A stretch of DNA of 64,000 nucleotides from Candidatus Obscuribacterales bacterium (GTDB lineage: Bacteria; Cyanobacteriota; Vampirovibrionia; Obscuribacterales; Obscuribacteraceae). A program made the translations under genes and the position numbers. The DNA is taken from NCBI GenBank assembly GCA_965228855.1, contig CBDDIJ010000002.1:1056001-1120000 (forward strand), in the 5' to 3' direction. Position 1 is the first letter of the stretch; each line of letters opens with the position of its first letter. This document shows, piece by piece, positions 29,403-39,728 of the stretch. The notes beneath the pieces are model-generated. The model was not told the origin of the DNA. It saw only the letters and a program-made list of their open reading frames with translations, and ran no database searches.

Positions 29403-30353
29403 GTGCAGAGTCGCATGGAATCAATATCTCGCGCGATCTCGTTGAGCCTCAAGTCCAACTGGATGCGCGTTTCAGTTCTCGCTATAACTGTTTCGCTGAT
29501 ACCATGTGCTGCTTCGGCACAGCAAAACAGTACGGCAGTCAACCCGTTCGGGAAGCCGATGACGCCTGCATCTCAGTCGGCAGCGAAAGCGGTTTCTTCT
29601 AAAAATGAAAGTGGTGCTGCTCGCAAAACATCAGCATTCGTTTCTCCTTCTCTCGAAGGCGCAACATCTGCGCAGCCGGCGAAACCGGCATCACAGGCTG
29701 CTGTATCGCAAAGTCCTCACCTGCAGGGAGTGATTCAACACAGTGACACGCTTCCACCCTTGCCCGCAAAATATCGAGCTGGTGCTTTCTTTGGTGCGTA
29801 TGGATTGCCCTCTCCAACCGGTCAGCGTGAGCCTCGCGTCAATGTTCAATTTAAAATTCCAGACTGGTTGGCCGGTAAATGGGAGCGCAGTCATTCGGTC
29901 GAAACGCAGAGAACCGAGTTGCCATCTAATAAAGCGTTGAAGCCGGCAGGAATGACAACAGCGAAGTCGCAAGATGTTTTCGGCACTTATCGCGATAAAA
30001 CTGGACAGATATGGCAAGTCTTTTCTTCCGATCATGCGACCGGAGAAATCGATCGCGGCGAGTTTGTCGACCGGCACACAGTCACGAAATACAATCTCGA
30101 CGTCCTCAACGCGAAAACCGCCGTTGTTGAAGTGCGCGCGTTTCACTTGATCGTTAGCAAGAAGACGCAGCGCATCGTTCAAAGCTATCAGGACGAAGAA
30201 TTCAACACATACAATTTGCTGGGCGAGGGTGTGGTGAAGACCGACAGTTCCGTCAAAGTTTTCGATGGGGACGGCAATCCACAGCTCCTGACGCGGGGCA
30301 GCTCAGATGTAGTCAGAATCAGCCGTTTCGAAGATGTGCAGGCGGCGAGATAG
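29403..30353 (+). CDS. Hypothetical exported protein
   Basis: Signal-like segment (ASA), low-complexity linker, IPDWLAGKW beta-rich domain; start uncertain. Confidence 0.7.
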   Translation: MQSRMESISRAISLSLKSNWMRVSVLAITVSLIPCAASAQQNSTAVNPFGKPMTPASQSAAKAVSSKNESGAARKTSAFVSPSLEGATSAQPAKPASQAAVSQSPHLQGVIQHSDTLPPLPAKYRAGAFFGAYGLPSPTGQREPRVNVQFKIPDWLAGKWERSHSVETQRTELPSNKALKPAGMTTAKSQDVFGTYRDKTGQIWQVFSSDHATGEIDRGEFVDRHTVTKYNLDVLNAKTAVVEVRAFHLIVSKKTQRIVQSYQDEEFNTYNLLGEGVVKTDSSVKVFDGDGNPQLLTRGSSDVVRISRFEDVQAAR

Positions 30354-30623
30354 GTTTAGTCCATGAAAGTGCAGCTGATAAAACTGCAAATATTCGATTG
30401 AAAAATTTCTGTCAAGTTACACAACATTCGCCTTCCGCGATGTTATTACTGTATATATCTGCGGGTAGATAGTTAGCAGTGATACGTTTGCGCTTGTCAT
30501 CTTGGCGACGAAATGTGGCAGGAAACGGCAACACTGGCTGTTTTAGCTTGTGTCCAGGCGGGGAACGTAAGTAAGTGAAAGCAATCAGATTATTCGCACA
30601 AAAAAGAGGTTGGTCCAATTCCG

Positions 30624-33092
30624 GTGAGCTTCTTCAAACCAAAACAGTCCACAAATAAGCCTCAAGATGTGATGATTGGCGAGCTTCTTGTGAAGGCGCA
30701 AATTATCAGTCAGAAGCAGCTCGACGATTGTGTCAGGCAGTCGGGCATGAAGCGCCTGCATCTCGGGCAGATGCTAATGATGTCCGGCTACATCACTCCG
30801 CGCGATTTGCAAGCGGCGATGGATGCCCAGACGATGTTGCGGGATAATCTGATTGACGGCGAAATGGCTGTCAAATGCCTGAGAATGGCTTACAAACAAG
30901 GTCTTACATTCGCCGACGTAGTAAATAATCAGCAAGCGATCGACCAGGAGAAAGCGGATTCGGCGGTCTGGACGCTTGGTCATCTGTTGCACGAAGCGGA
31001 CGTCGCGACGCAAATGCAGCTGGATGCTGCTTATCAGCGGAGCAACGCAACCAATATTCCGACTGGTCGGATATTGATTTTGAACGGCGTTATCACCGAG
31101 CATCTGCTGTCGCGGGCGCTCGATTTGCTGGTGAAGGCGCGCGATGAGGTTTGTACTCGAGAAGAAGCGGTTGAAGCGATGCGCGTCGCCGCCGGAATGT
31201 CGCCCGGAACTCCCTTGACTCAAAGTCTGCTTTTGCCGAGTCCCAGCAAGCGCCCGCGGCTCGGGCAGCTGATGCTGTCTGCTGGAATCATGAGCGAAAC
31301 CGATGTTATGAACGCGGTCGAGTTCGGTTTAACCTATAACATTATGATCGGTCAGGTTATGGTCGAGCAGGGCTATGTGTCCGTTCAGATGGTCGAGGCT
31401 GCGCTGGAGCTGCAACGTTATGTGGAAGATGGGCAGATTGACGAGGCTCGTGCCGGTGATGTGCTTGAAAAGGTTTATCATGGCAACGGCAATGTTAACG
31501 ACCTGATTACGAGTCTCCAACCGGTTCTTCGCATGGCTGCCGATAGTCAGCCGAAGCTATCATTTGAAAAACTGCTTACGCTGGCTCGCGTTGTATCGCA
31601 GGAGCAAATTCATGAGGCGTTCGACATTTGCCGGCAAACTCCGGAAGCTCTTGCGAAGATCCTGTGTCTGACTGGTTTTATCGAAACCAGTACACATGAC
31701 TCCGTATTGCGGTGTCACGAGCTTCTCGAGTCTGGACGCCTGACTCAGGACGATGCGCTTGTTGCTCTGGACTATTGTTTCAGCAAGAGTACCGGATTCG
31801 ACGAGGCTTTGAGTGACCTCGGCTGGTCGGATCATGGATTGGCGCATAGCGAGCATGCCCAGCTCGCCCACGAACAAGAATTCGATCCCGACCGAACTGC
31901 AGATGAGATGCCGGTTCTGGCTGGGGATGCCGTTCCTGGTTTCAATCTTCTCGATCACTTCGGATTGGGTGGCGGAGATTCGGAAAGCACCGACGCCGAA
32001 GAGCCTGCGGTGGCTGATGAACCGGAAGAATACGCTCCGGCTGCGCCGAGCGTGGACGAGGAAGAGCAACAAGAGCCTGAGCCGGTTGCCGAAGAACAAG
32101 ATGACAATTCATGGGCGCTTCCCGATGATTCCGGGGAAGGTCCTTCCCTGTCCAGCATGGGAGTTGCGACCAGCGATATAGCCGTAATCAGTTTTACCGA
32201 ACAAATCCTGGATGATCCGATGAGCAATGTTGCCGAGCCGCCAGGCGGCAAGTTGGCAAACATTCTCGACCGACTGGCTGATGGCGATGAGGAAGATGCC
32301 GAGCCGGCTTCCAACGGATCGAGCTCTTCCGAGAACGGCGACTCCGCTGCTTCATCCAATGGTGGTGGAAACGGCGCCGGCGCCTTGCCTCCTCCGAAAG
32401 AGTTGAAGAAGCTCGACCCGGCTGACGCCAGACCCCTCGGACCGCTTGGGCGTGTGCGACCGGATCGCAACGCGCTGCGTGAGCAGGAGATGACGATTGC
32501 GCCTCAGCGCATGAAGATCGACGAAGCGCAGCTGCTGTCGAAGACTGAGATGGAAGCTGTTCCGGAGCCTGAGACCGATAAAAAAGCCGCGGTGGGTGCC
32601 GCAATGTACCGGCTGGCAGAGAGCTATTTCGAGCAGGGGGATTTCTCCGAAGCCCAGAAGATTTACGAGAAGATTCTTGCGATCCGCCAGGCGGAGCTGG
32701 GTAGCCAGCACATCGAGCTGGTCGATGACTTGAATAAGCTAGCGGAAGTGCTCTGGGTGCAGGGCAATTTCAGGCAGGCGGAGCCTTTTGTTCGCCGCGC
32801 CGTGACGATTTTGGAAACAACCCAACCGGTCGACCCGTTGCGTCTGGCTGAGGGACTGCGGATTTTGGCAGGTTTGTTCTTCCAGCAAGGGAAGTTCGAA
32901 CCGAGCATTCCGTTCCTCGAACACGCCCTGCTGCTTAAGAAAGCGTCGCTCGGTGAAGACCATCGCGACGTCGGTAATCTGTTGCGAGAATACGCGAAGC
33001 TGCTTAAGAAGATGGGTCGAACTGCCGAAGCCGAGAAGCATTACTTGCAAGCGAAGAAGATTCTGGCAAAGAATCCTGAGCCTGAAGAGTAG
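30624..33092 (+). CDS. Multi-MshEN-like repeat protein with acidic linker and C-terminal TPRs
   Basis: Repeated (R)(L/I)GxxLxxxGx(I/V)xxxxLxxAL motifs; kinesin-light-chain-type TPRs at the C-terminus. Confidence 0.8.
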   Translation: MSFFKPKQSTNKPQDVMIGELLVKAQIISQKQLDDCVRQSGMKRLHLGQMLMMSGYITPRDLQAAMDAQTMLRDNLIDGEMAVKCLRMAYKQGLTFADVVNNQQAIDQEKADSAVWTLGHLLHEADVATQMQLDAAYQRSNATNIPTGRILILNGVITEHLLSRALDLLVKARDEVCTREEAVEAMRVAAGMSPGTPLTQSLLLPSPSKRPRLGQLMLSAGIMSETDVMNAVEFGLTYNIMIGQVMVEQGYVSVQMVEAALELQRYVEDGQIDEARAGDVLEKVYHGNGNVNDLITSLQPVLRMAADSQPKLSFEKLLTLARVVSQEQIHEAFDICRQTPEALAKILCLTGFIETSTHDSVLRCHELLESGRLTQDDALVALDYCFSKSTGFDEALSDLGWSDHGLAHSEHAQLAHEQEFDPDRTADEMPVLAGDAVPGFNLLDHFGLGGGDSESTDAEEPAVADEPEEYAPAAPSVDEEEQQEPEPVAEEQDDNSWALPDDSGEGPSLSSMGVATSDIAVISFTEQILDDPMSNVAEPPGGKLANILDRLADGDEEDAEPASNGSSSSENGDSAASSNGGGNGAGALPPPKELKKLDPADARPLGPLGRVRPDRNALREQEMTIAPQRMKIDEAQLLSKTEMEAVPEPETDKKAAVGAAMYRLAESYFEQGDFSEAQKIYEKILAIRQAELGSQHIELVDDLNKLAEVLWVQGNFRQAEPFVRRAVTILETTQPVDPLRLAEGLRILAGLFFQQGKFEPSIPFLEHALLLKKASLGEDHRDVGNLLREYAKLLKKMGRTAEAEKHYLQAKKILAKNPEPEE

Positions 33093-33196
33093 ACTGCACG
33101 CATGCGCTCTCAAATGTCCGGGCGCGTTGAAAGCAGTCGTGTTGTAGAATGCATCTGTTGATCACTCTCCGGCTTCCGATCGATTGTGGGTAATCT

Positions 33197-33850
33197 ATGA
33201 GAATTCAAACACCTCTCGCGCTTTCAGTCTTATTTGCGACGACGATTTCTTTTTGTGCAGCAGGCGCGAACAGCGCTTTTGCGCAGCCGCAAGCGCAAGG
33301 GGAGCCTGATCCCTCTCTGCTAAAACGGCACGCTCCTACCGACTCCGATGCGGCCGTCGAGCTTAAGGAGTTCCATGGGCAGGGTATCTCGGTGAAATAT
33401 CCCGCCGGTTGGGAAGTTATTTCGGATGTGCCTGAGCCGCGAGTACTGCATGTAAAAACACTGGGCGGCAAGGTGAATGCCAGTGTAACGGTGCAGGACC
33501 TGCCGGATGACACATCCCTGGATGACTACAAAGAAGCCACCACTCGTGATATCACTGAGGAGGCTGGGCAAATTCATCCGGAAAAACTTTCTGAGGAAAC
33601 CACTCACCTCGGTGAAATGCCGGCATGGAAGTTGGTTTACTCAATCAAAGTTCCGGACAGTAAACCGGCTTCGTCTGCCAAGCAGACTTTGTTTGTAGCC
33701 GTGAAAGATGGTCGCGGTTATCTTCTTTGTTGCACCGCATTTGATGCACTTCCCGGCAAGTTCGACGGAGTTTTCAGATCTATGGCAGACTCGATGAAGG
33801 TTGATTCGGGGGCTGCAAAAGCGGCTCCGGCTGCGGATGCCCCCAATTGA
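33197..33850 (+). CDS. PsbP/DcrB-like exported protein
   Basis: Signal peptide, ISVKYPAGW, LGEMPAWKLVY, F..MADSMK. Confidence 0.7.
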   Translation: MRIQTPLALSVLFATTISFCAAGANSAFAQPQAQGEPDPSLLKRHAPTDSDAAVELKEFHGQGISVKYPAGWEVISDVPEPRVLHVKTLGGKVNASVTVQDLPDDTSLDDYKEATTRDITEEAGQIHPEKLSEETTHLGEMPAWKLVYSIKVPDSKPASSAKQTLFVAVKDGRGYLLCCTAFDALPGKFDGVFRSMADSMKVDSGAAKAAPAADAPN

Positions 33851-34361
33851 AATATCGAATCATCAGGGGGAGCAAGATGTGTCCCTGAACGATGCGGTGG
33901 AAGTAATCCTCATGAGAAAGTTCCACTTCCGAAAGTTCGAGTAGCTGTTCTTTCATCTCAAGCAAACCTAGTTGCTCTGCGTGTTGCGCGGCGACGAAGT
34001 ATTCTTGTGTATTGGCATTTTCCAAACGTCCGGCGAAGTACATCGGTAGAAACCAGCCCGTAAGAAAGCATCCAATGAAGGCTGACAGTCCGATGCACGA
34101 CATCATGAATTCGCGCCAGCACTGTGGTTTTCCGCCAAGTTTGTCGAGCATCTGTCCAACGAGAGCGCGATGTGTCCACTCATCAGTTTCAATTTTGTGA
34201 ATGTCTTTCTTTTGCTGCGGGTCGCGCACTGAGCGCCAGTGTCCTGCGTAGGCGTAAGCTGCGGCGAGTTCGCCCGAGTAAGCCATATGGAGAATATGGA
34301 TGAGGGCTTTTCGATGTTCTACTGCGTCCATAATTGGTCTACCGTTTTCATCGTGCTTCAA
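33780..34361 (-). CDS. Ferritin-like di-iron protein (Coq7/demethoxyubiquinone hydroxylase-like)
   Basis: AYSGELAA..AYAGH, DEWTH, LE, ELSHEDYF. Confidence 0.75.
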   Translation of the reverse strand: MKHDENGRPIMDAVEHRKALIHILHMAYSGELAAAYAYAGHWRSVRDPQQKKDIHKIETDEWTHRALVGQMLDKLGGKPQCWREFMMSCIGLSAFIGCFLTGWFLPMYFAGRLENANTQEYFVAAQHAEQLGLLEMKEQLLELSEVELSHEDYFHRIVQGHILLPLMIRYFNWGHPQPEPLLQPPNQPSSSLP

Positions 34362-34440
34362 TTATGTCACTTGGAAATCACGCGCGCTGAACTGAAGCAG
34401 ATCCGTTAATAATCGCTGCGAATTGTTTCAGGCACGAGCG

Positions 34441-36384
34441 TTACAGAGATCGAGCTACTGCTGTCAAACCTTGAGATAGGTTATCCGTGTCAGTGATCGC
34501 GGTCGCTTTTCCGAGCTGGCTTGTCTTGGCTCCTGCTGCGGCTGCTTCACTGGCCGCGGAGTTCTGGGCGACTGGGTTGTTTGCGACTTCTGTGGGTGAT
34601 GTGATGGTGTTATGGGTGGTGGCGTCTAATGCCGATGGTTTAGCATGGGAGAGATTGTTGCTGTCTGGTGCCGATGGTTTTGCGTGAGCTAAATGATCGC
34701 CGGCAGGCGCGTGGTGTCCATCAGCCACATGGTGTGCGGTTTTTGGCGCGTGTGAAACGGTATGGTGCGCGTTGCTAACCGTGTTCGTGGTTGGTGTATG
34801 TGTCGGCGCGGGAGTGTGAACGGAGGGCGATGCTTGTGCGACCTGCATATGACTGCCGCCATCAGGGATTGCAAGGTTTTGACCAGGATGGATCAGATCA
34901 GGATTGGCGCCGATTGTTCCCGCGTTTTGCTCGTAAATCGATGGCCAGTTTTTGCCGCCGCCAAGGTGATCTTTAGCAATATTCCAGAGATTGTCACCAG
35001 GTTTTACTAAATACTCGGATGGGTTGGAAGCAATGCTTTCAGCGCCGCCAGGCAGCTTCAAGTCCGTTCCCGAAAAAATCAAATCGGGGTTGCTGCCGAT
35101 TGCGTCTTTATTCAAGTCGTAAATTTCGGTCCAGCGCTGACCGGAACCGAGGTGATCTCTGGCGATGTTCCACAAGTTGTCGCCTTGTTGCACGAGATGA
35201 TGCGGCTGTGCATCGCCGGTGGTGGCAATCTCGGTGCCACTTCCGGTGGTGCTGTCGTTGCCGAGGAGCGAGCCGCGCCCATCGGTTTCAATGCCTGAAC
35301 CCTGCATGCTGTCAGCGTTTTGCTGCATGGATTGCATGCTGCTCTCGCCGCCGGTCTGAGCTGGACGCATCTGAGTAAATTGCTGCTGCCACTGTTGCGG
35401 AGCGACTTGACCGCCAGCAGACTGCATTTGCGCTGTTGGAACTTGCGAACCGCCAATCGTCGGACCGAATGACCCTTGTTGGTTTTCCATCGCCAGGAAT
35501 CTATTTGAATTCCAGTCGACATTCATTGCATTGCCGTGTACGAGCTGGTTTCCGTCCATGGAAGTCATTTCATACATGGAGCCGCCGGGACCGACGTTGC
35601 CACCGATGTCGAACGTTTGCGCGGTGAAGGGCTGGTGCTCCAGGCTCAGTGTGACAGGGCTTCCGACAGCGCTCGCGGCTTTGCCGCCGTCCATCAAACT
35701 CTGTTGAAGTAAAGTCTGGAACGGGTTGTTAGCGCCCATGGTCGTGAGCGTCATCGGGAAGTCGTGCATTACGACCGTCGCCAGTGTTGTGAACGCATTT
35801 TGCGCGGCTGCCGCCCATAAGGTCGGATCGAGCAGTGCCATTAAACCGCCATCGGCAGGGAAGAAGAAGGCCATGAGCGCGGAGAAGAAATCACCTACGA
35901 TTCCGGTCAATCCGGGCATCTTCAAGATCATTTGAACGAGCGGCGAAATCGGTTCGCCGCCCGGAGGCATTGCGCCGGCGAGGGCGCCCTGCTCAAGCCC
36001 TGGCATGAATCCCTGTTCCAGACCGGGTGTGAGACCTTGACCGGGGGTGAGCCCCTGTTCCAGACCCGGTGTTAATCCCTGGTTCAGCGAGCCAGGTTGG
36101 GTAATCGCCGATTCAACTCCTGTTGCATTCCAACTCGAGAAATCACTTCCGTTGAAACCGGAATTGTTTCCGAGGGAGGTTTCCGAGCCGAAGCCGCTGT
36201 CTATGCTGACGTCGGGAAGTTTTGCCTGCCCGCCGGACGTCTGAAAAAAGTCGCGAGCGCTATGTATATCAGTGGTTTGAGAAAGCTGATTGCCGATGCG
36301 CCCGTCGACAGCCGACGAGGACTCGAACCTCGGAGGCGTGTTCAGAATTTCCCCCGCTTTGACGGGGTCGAATTCGGGATGCAT
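34441..36384 (-). CDS. Large protein with two LysM domains and low-complexity regions
   Basis: VQQGDNLWNIARDHLG..W..IY..N..I..NPDLI and VKPGDNLWNIAKDHLG..NPDLIHPGQ. Confidence 0.88.
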   Translation of the reverse strand: MHPEFDPVKAGEILNTPPRFESSSAVDGRIGNQLSQTTDIHSARDFFQTSGGQAKLPDVSIDSGFGSETSLGNNSGFNGSDFSSWNATGVESAITQPGSLNQGLTPGLEQGLTPGQGLTPGLEQGFMPGLEQGALAGAMPPGGEPISPLVQMILKMPGLTGIVGDFFSALMAFFFPADGGLMALLDPTLWAAAAQNAFTTLATVVMHDFPMTLTTMGANNPFQTLLQQSLMDGGKAASAVGSPVTLSLEHQPFTAQTFDIGGNVGPGGSMYEMTSMDGNQLVHGNAMNVDWNSNRFLAMENQQGSFGPTIGGSQVPTAQMQSAGGQVAPQQWQQQFTQMRPAQTGGESSMQSMQQNADSMQGSGIETDGRGSLLGNDSTTGSGTEIATTGDAQPHHLVQQGDNLWNIARDHLGSGQRWTEIYDLNKDAIGSNPDLIFSGTDLKLPGGAESIASNPSEYLVKPGDNLWNIAKDHLGGGKNWPSIYEQNAGTIGANPDLIHPGQNLAIPDGGSHMQVAQASPSVHTPAPTHTPTTNTVSNAHHTVSHAPKTAHHVADGHHAPAGDHLAHAKPSAPDSNNLSHAKPSALDATTHNTITSPTEVANNPVAQNSAASEAAAAGAKTSQLGKATAITDTDNLSQGLTAVARSL

Positions 36385-36791
36385 GCGCGAAACGACTCAA
36401 ATTAGTAAGTAAGAGGATAGAAGATGCCTATTTATAGCGATTATTGGGGGTGATGTCAAGCGGTTTAAGCCTTACCCTTCAATCACCCTTCGCTAAAAAC
36501 CTTGACAGGGTTGGGTTTTCGGACGATCAGAACTTCAACATGAGTTTCTTGTGCACGGTTTGTGCATTGTGATTTCGGCCAATATCCTAAGCATTTGCGG
36601 TTTCCGTATTAAGTAGAACAGTTTCGTTTGTACCTGAAGATAATGGCAGAGTTGTGACAAGTTGACGCGGAGGCGCACGCGACGGTAAGTCAAATCAACA
36701 GAGTCAGCAATGCCGACCATCAAGCCGGCATTACCAAAACTACAAATCGTTTCCGGGCGCAAACAGTAATCTCGCTCCGACACAGCGAAGA

Positions 36792-37061
36792 TTACGATGC
36801 GCGCTCACTCTCGTCTCTAACGCATTCCTCGCATTTCACGAGCAGCCTGGATACTCGCATTCGCAAGCCTTGAGCGATACTCGCGACTGCACCGATACTG
36901 GGATTCCGCTTGCCTTGTTCTACATTACTCAGGAAGGCGCGATTGACTCCGGAGCCCTCGGCCAGTTCTTGCTGAGACAAATGTAGTCGTTTCCGGCGCT
37001 CGGCTATGGCTTTGCCAAGGCATTTGTAAAAGTGTCCGTGTACCGATCGTTTATTTGCCAT
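36792..37061 (-). CDS. XRE-family helix-turn-helix regulator
   Basis: LSQQELAEGSGVNRAFLSNVEQGKRNPS; AAAGGAG RBS. Confidence 0.9.
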   Translation of the reverse strand: MANKRSVHGHFYKCLGKAIAERRKRLHLSQQELAEGSGVNRAFLSNVEQGKRNPSIGAVASIAQGLRMRVSRLLVKCEECVRDESERAS

Positions 37062-37212
37062 TAGGTTGTCTCCTTTAGGATACGTCGGTTACGAGACGGG
37101 GCATCCTCGATTTGGTTTCATGAAATTTTTGCCAATACGATTAAAAAATGGCGGATTTAAGTTGCCGGGGTTTTAGAAGGCTCGGAACATCGATTGAGGT
37201 GGCGTTTGGGAT

Positions 37213-37887
37213 TTAAGACTGTTTCAGCTGGCGAAGTAACTCTTCGGCTGTCCGCACAGCTTCCTGTTCTTGAATATCTTTTGCAAAACCTAAAACGCGC
37301 TCGGCTTGTTTGACGGCTTTGTCCTTTTGATTGAGCTTGTAGAGCGCGGTGGCGCGTTTGATTCCGGCAGCCAGGGCCAGTCGCGGCAATTCGCTGTTGT
37401 CGGAAAACTGGATGCAGTTTTTGCTCTCGCGTTCGAGGTATTCCCAATCAGGTTTTAACTCCGCGTAGTGCATCAGGTTGAGCCAGCACAGTTGCGCCGA
37501 GTAGCCATCGCCTTCGTCGGCGGCGATGTTGAGAGCCTGCGAGAACTTGTCGTCCATAGCGTCAAGGTTGCCGAGTTCGCCAAAAGTGTTGGCTAGGCTG
37601 AAAAAATAATCGAAAAGGACCTTAAGCTCGAACTGTCCGGTGCAGCTCTTCATGTAGTCGGAATCGAGTATGGCTAGCGCCTCCTCGTGTCTGCCGAGGT
37701 CCATTAAACTCCAGGCTTTGCGCATATTGGACTGACCGAGAAAGTCGTGCGCCACCGCAGGCGGTGCTGAAATTTTATTGCCCTGGACGAGTATTTTGTC
37801 CCAAACAGCAAGCGCCTCTTCGTGTGAGCCTTCGCGCGCTTTACCGGCGGCGTCGTTGAACAAGTCTATGAGGTCTGGGGCGATCAC
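37213..37887 (-). CDS. TPR-like all-helical hypothetical protein
   Basis: 224-aa ORF, LGRHEEAL-type helices. Confidence 0.7.
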   Translation of the reverse strand: MIAPDLIDLFNDAAGKAREGSHEEALAVWDKILVQGNKISAPPAVAHDFLGQSNMRKAWSLMDLGRHEEALAILDSDYMKSCTGQFELKVLFDYFFSLANTFGELGNLDAMDDKFSQALNIAADEGDGYSAQLCWLNLMHYAELKPDWEYLERESKNCIQFSDNSELPRLALAAGIKRATALYKLNQKDKAVKQAERVLGFAKDIQEQEAVRTAEELLRQLKQS

Positions 37888-38365
37888 GTTGGTGTGCTTT
37901 TTTTGTTGATGACAATACGGATTGTGACAGTTATATCACGTGGACTTAGCTGGTCGTAGCTCGCACGAGCTTCGCGAGGTCAAAACAGCAAATAGTGGCT
38001 GTTTTGAGCTTAAAGAAACGGTGAACTTGTAGTTTATAAAGCTCGTTGTCAGTATCTTGCTAATCAAAATACTTTTCTCAGCAAACATCATTTCCTGTCA
38101 CCGAAAACTAAAACAGACCCGATTAGCTGCCTCGACAATTGTTCCGCTTGGGACCTGGTCGAAACGGTACCGAATGTGATACCGCGTCGTGCAGCAATTT
38201 TGTGTCGGAAGATGTAGTTGAGACGAGGCGAGAACCAACTCGCCCAGTGCCGCTAGCTCGTCCATCGGTAGATGTGATTCGCCGATGAGCGACAACTGTT
38301 TTCCACGCGCTGCTCGAAGTTCTCGAGCCGCACCGATCAACACAGGCAGGACTATTGGAGAATCC

Positions 38366-39445
38366 ATGTCCCAAAACGACCGCAACTCGCTTTCCAGCGT
38401 CGAAGTTCGCAAGGCGGCTCCGCAACGCAAATCCGTTACCATCTCTCGCGCTGACCTCGACTGGGCTTCCAGTCAGGGGCTCGTCGGCACCGACCAGGTC
38501 GGCAAGCTGTGGCAAGCACTCGTAGAGCGCTCGGCCGCAACCAACACCGGTGGTCTGAACCTCATCAACCTCGCCTACTACGGCGGCGCCACCATCGTGC
38601 TCATCGCCATGGCGCTGTTCATGGGGCTCGTCACCGCTCAGTACCAGGCTCCTGCGCTGGTCGGCACGTCGCTCGTCTACGGCGCCGCCTTCGTCGCGCT
38701 CGGCTCGCATCTCTTCTTCCGCAAGGGTCTCGAGGTGCCCGGCGGGCTGATGTTCACGCTTGCCGTGGCCATCACGCCGGTCTTCGTGTTCGCGGTCATG
38801 AACATGAACGGCGCCGCACCGCCCAGCACCTCTCAGGAGCTCATCCTCGAGGTGGTGACGGTGGTGGCGTCCGTGGTGGCGCTCACTTTCGTGCGCTTCC
38901 CGTTCCTGACCATGCCGCTGTTCACCGCGTTGTGGCTCATGAGCGTGACGATCACGAGCATGGTTTCGCACGGGCAGTCCTGGTTCTGGGGCAACGAACA
39001 GCTCATCGTCTCGATGGTGTTCGGCGTGCTCATGACTCTCGGCTCGGTCGTCATCGACCGGCGCACGGAGAAGGACTTCGCGTTCTGGGGCTACCTCTTC
39101 GGCGTCTCCAGCTTCTGGCTCGCGCTGACCTTCTTCGATAAGGGCGGACAGCTCGGCATGCTCGGCTACTTCGCCGCCAACATCGTGCTGTTGCTCGCCT
39201 CCGTCGTCCTCCAGCGCCGCATCTTCCTCGCTGCCGGCGGTCTCGGTGCGACCGGCTACCTGATGTACCTTTCGTGGGACATCTTCCAGGACTCGATGAT
39301 GGCTTTCGCCGTCGTGCTTTCGGGCATCGGCGTCGGCGTCATCTTCCTCGGTATCCAGTACCACAAGAACAAGGCTGCCATCGACGCTGCCATCCTGCGG
39401 CTTCTGCCCGCCGGACTGCGTTCGCTGCCGAATCGCCAGGGCTAA
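38366..39445 (+). CDS. DUF2157-like multi-pass membrane protein
   Basis: L..A..QGLV..DQ..LW N-terminus, AYYGGA.IV..AM..F, DFAFWGYLFG; GGAG RBS. Confidence 0.75.
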   Translation: MSQNDRNSLSSVEVRKAAPQRKSVTISRADLDWASSQGLVGTDQVGKLWQALVERSAATNTGGLNLINLAYYGGATIVLIAMALFMGLVTAQYQAPALVGTSLVYGAAFVALGSHLFFRKGLEVPGGLMFTLAVAITPVFVFAVMNMNGAAPPSTSQELILEVVTVVASVVALTFVRFPFLTMPLFTALWLMSVTITSMVSHGQSWFWGNEQLIVSMVFGVLMTLGSVVIDRRTEKDFAFWGYLFGVSSFWLALTFFDKGGQLGMLGYFAANIVLLLASVVLQRRIFLAAGGLGATGYLMYLSWDIFQDSMMAFAVVLSGIGVGVIFLGIQYHKNKAAIDAAILRLLPAGLRSLPNRQG

Positions 39446-39457
39446 ACGCCCGAAACC

Positions 39458-39483
39458 GGAAGGCTCGGCTCCCCGAGCCTTCC
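39458..39483 (+). terminator. Stem-loop after the DUF2157-like gene
   Basis: GGAAGGCTCGG-CTCC-CCGAGCCTTCC perfect 11-bp stem, no U-tract. Confidence 0.55.
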
Positions 39484-39583
39484 ACCCCCACCGACTTGCT
39501 ACTATATAATATCGGAAGGACTCCATCTCCAAGCCGAGTCCCAGCGAGGCATTCCCGTCCTGCGGTCAAGAGCCGGGGTGTTT

Positions 39584-39637
39584 TTGGCTACGCGTGAATG
39601 ACGCTTTTTCGAAAATCCGGCAACGAGGCGTAGACAA
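39584..39637 (+). repeat. 54-bp palindromic repeat, copy 4
   Basis: TTGGCTACGCGTGAATGACGCTTTTTCGAAAATCCGGCAACGAGGCGTAGACAA. Confidence 0.92.
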
Positions 39638-39728
39638 GTCTTCCTACTATATAGTACCGAGTCTGCTCTGGCTCAAAAGTGAGTGCCGTTCAGGGGTTGC
39701 TGGGTTGGGACTTAAGTCCGGGTTGTTT

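Noticed and set aside
3849..39532. Long antisense or alternative-frame ORFs over GC-rich genes (e.g. 3849-5471, 8224-9024, 22599-23405, 38123-39532)
   Set aside because: Shadows of real genes caused by codon bias; they carry no motifs of their own.
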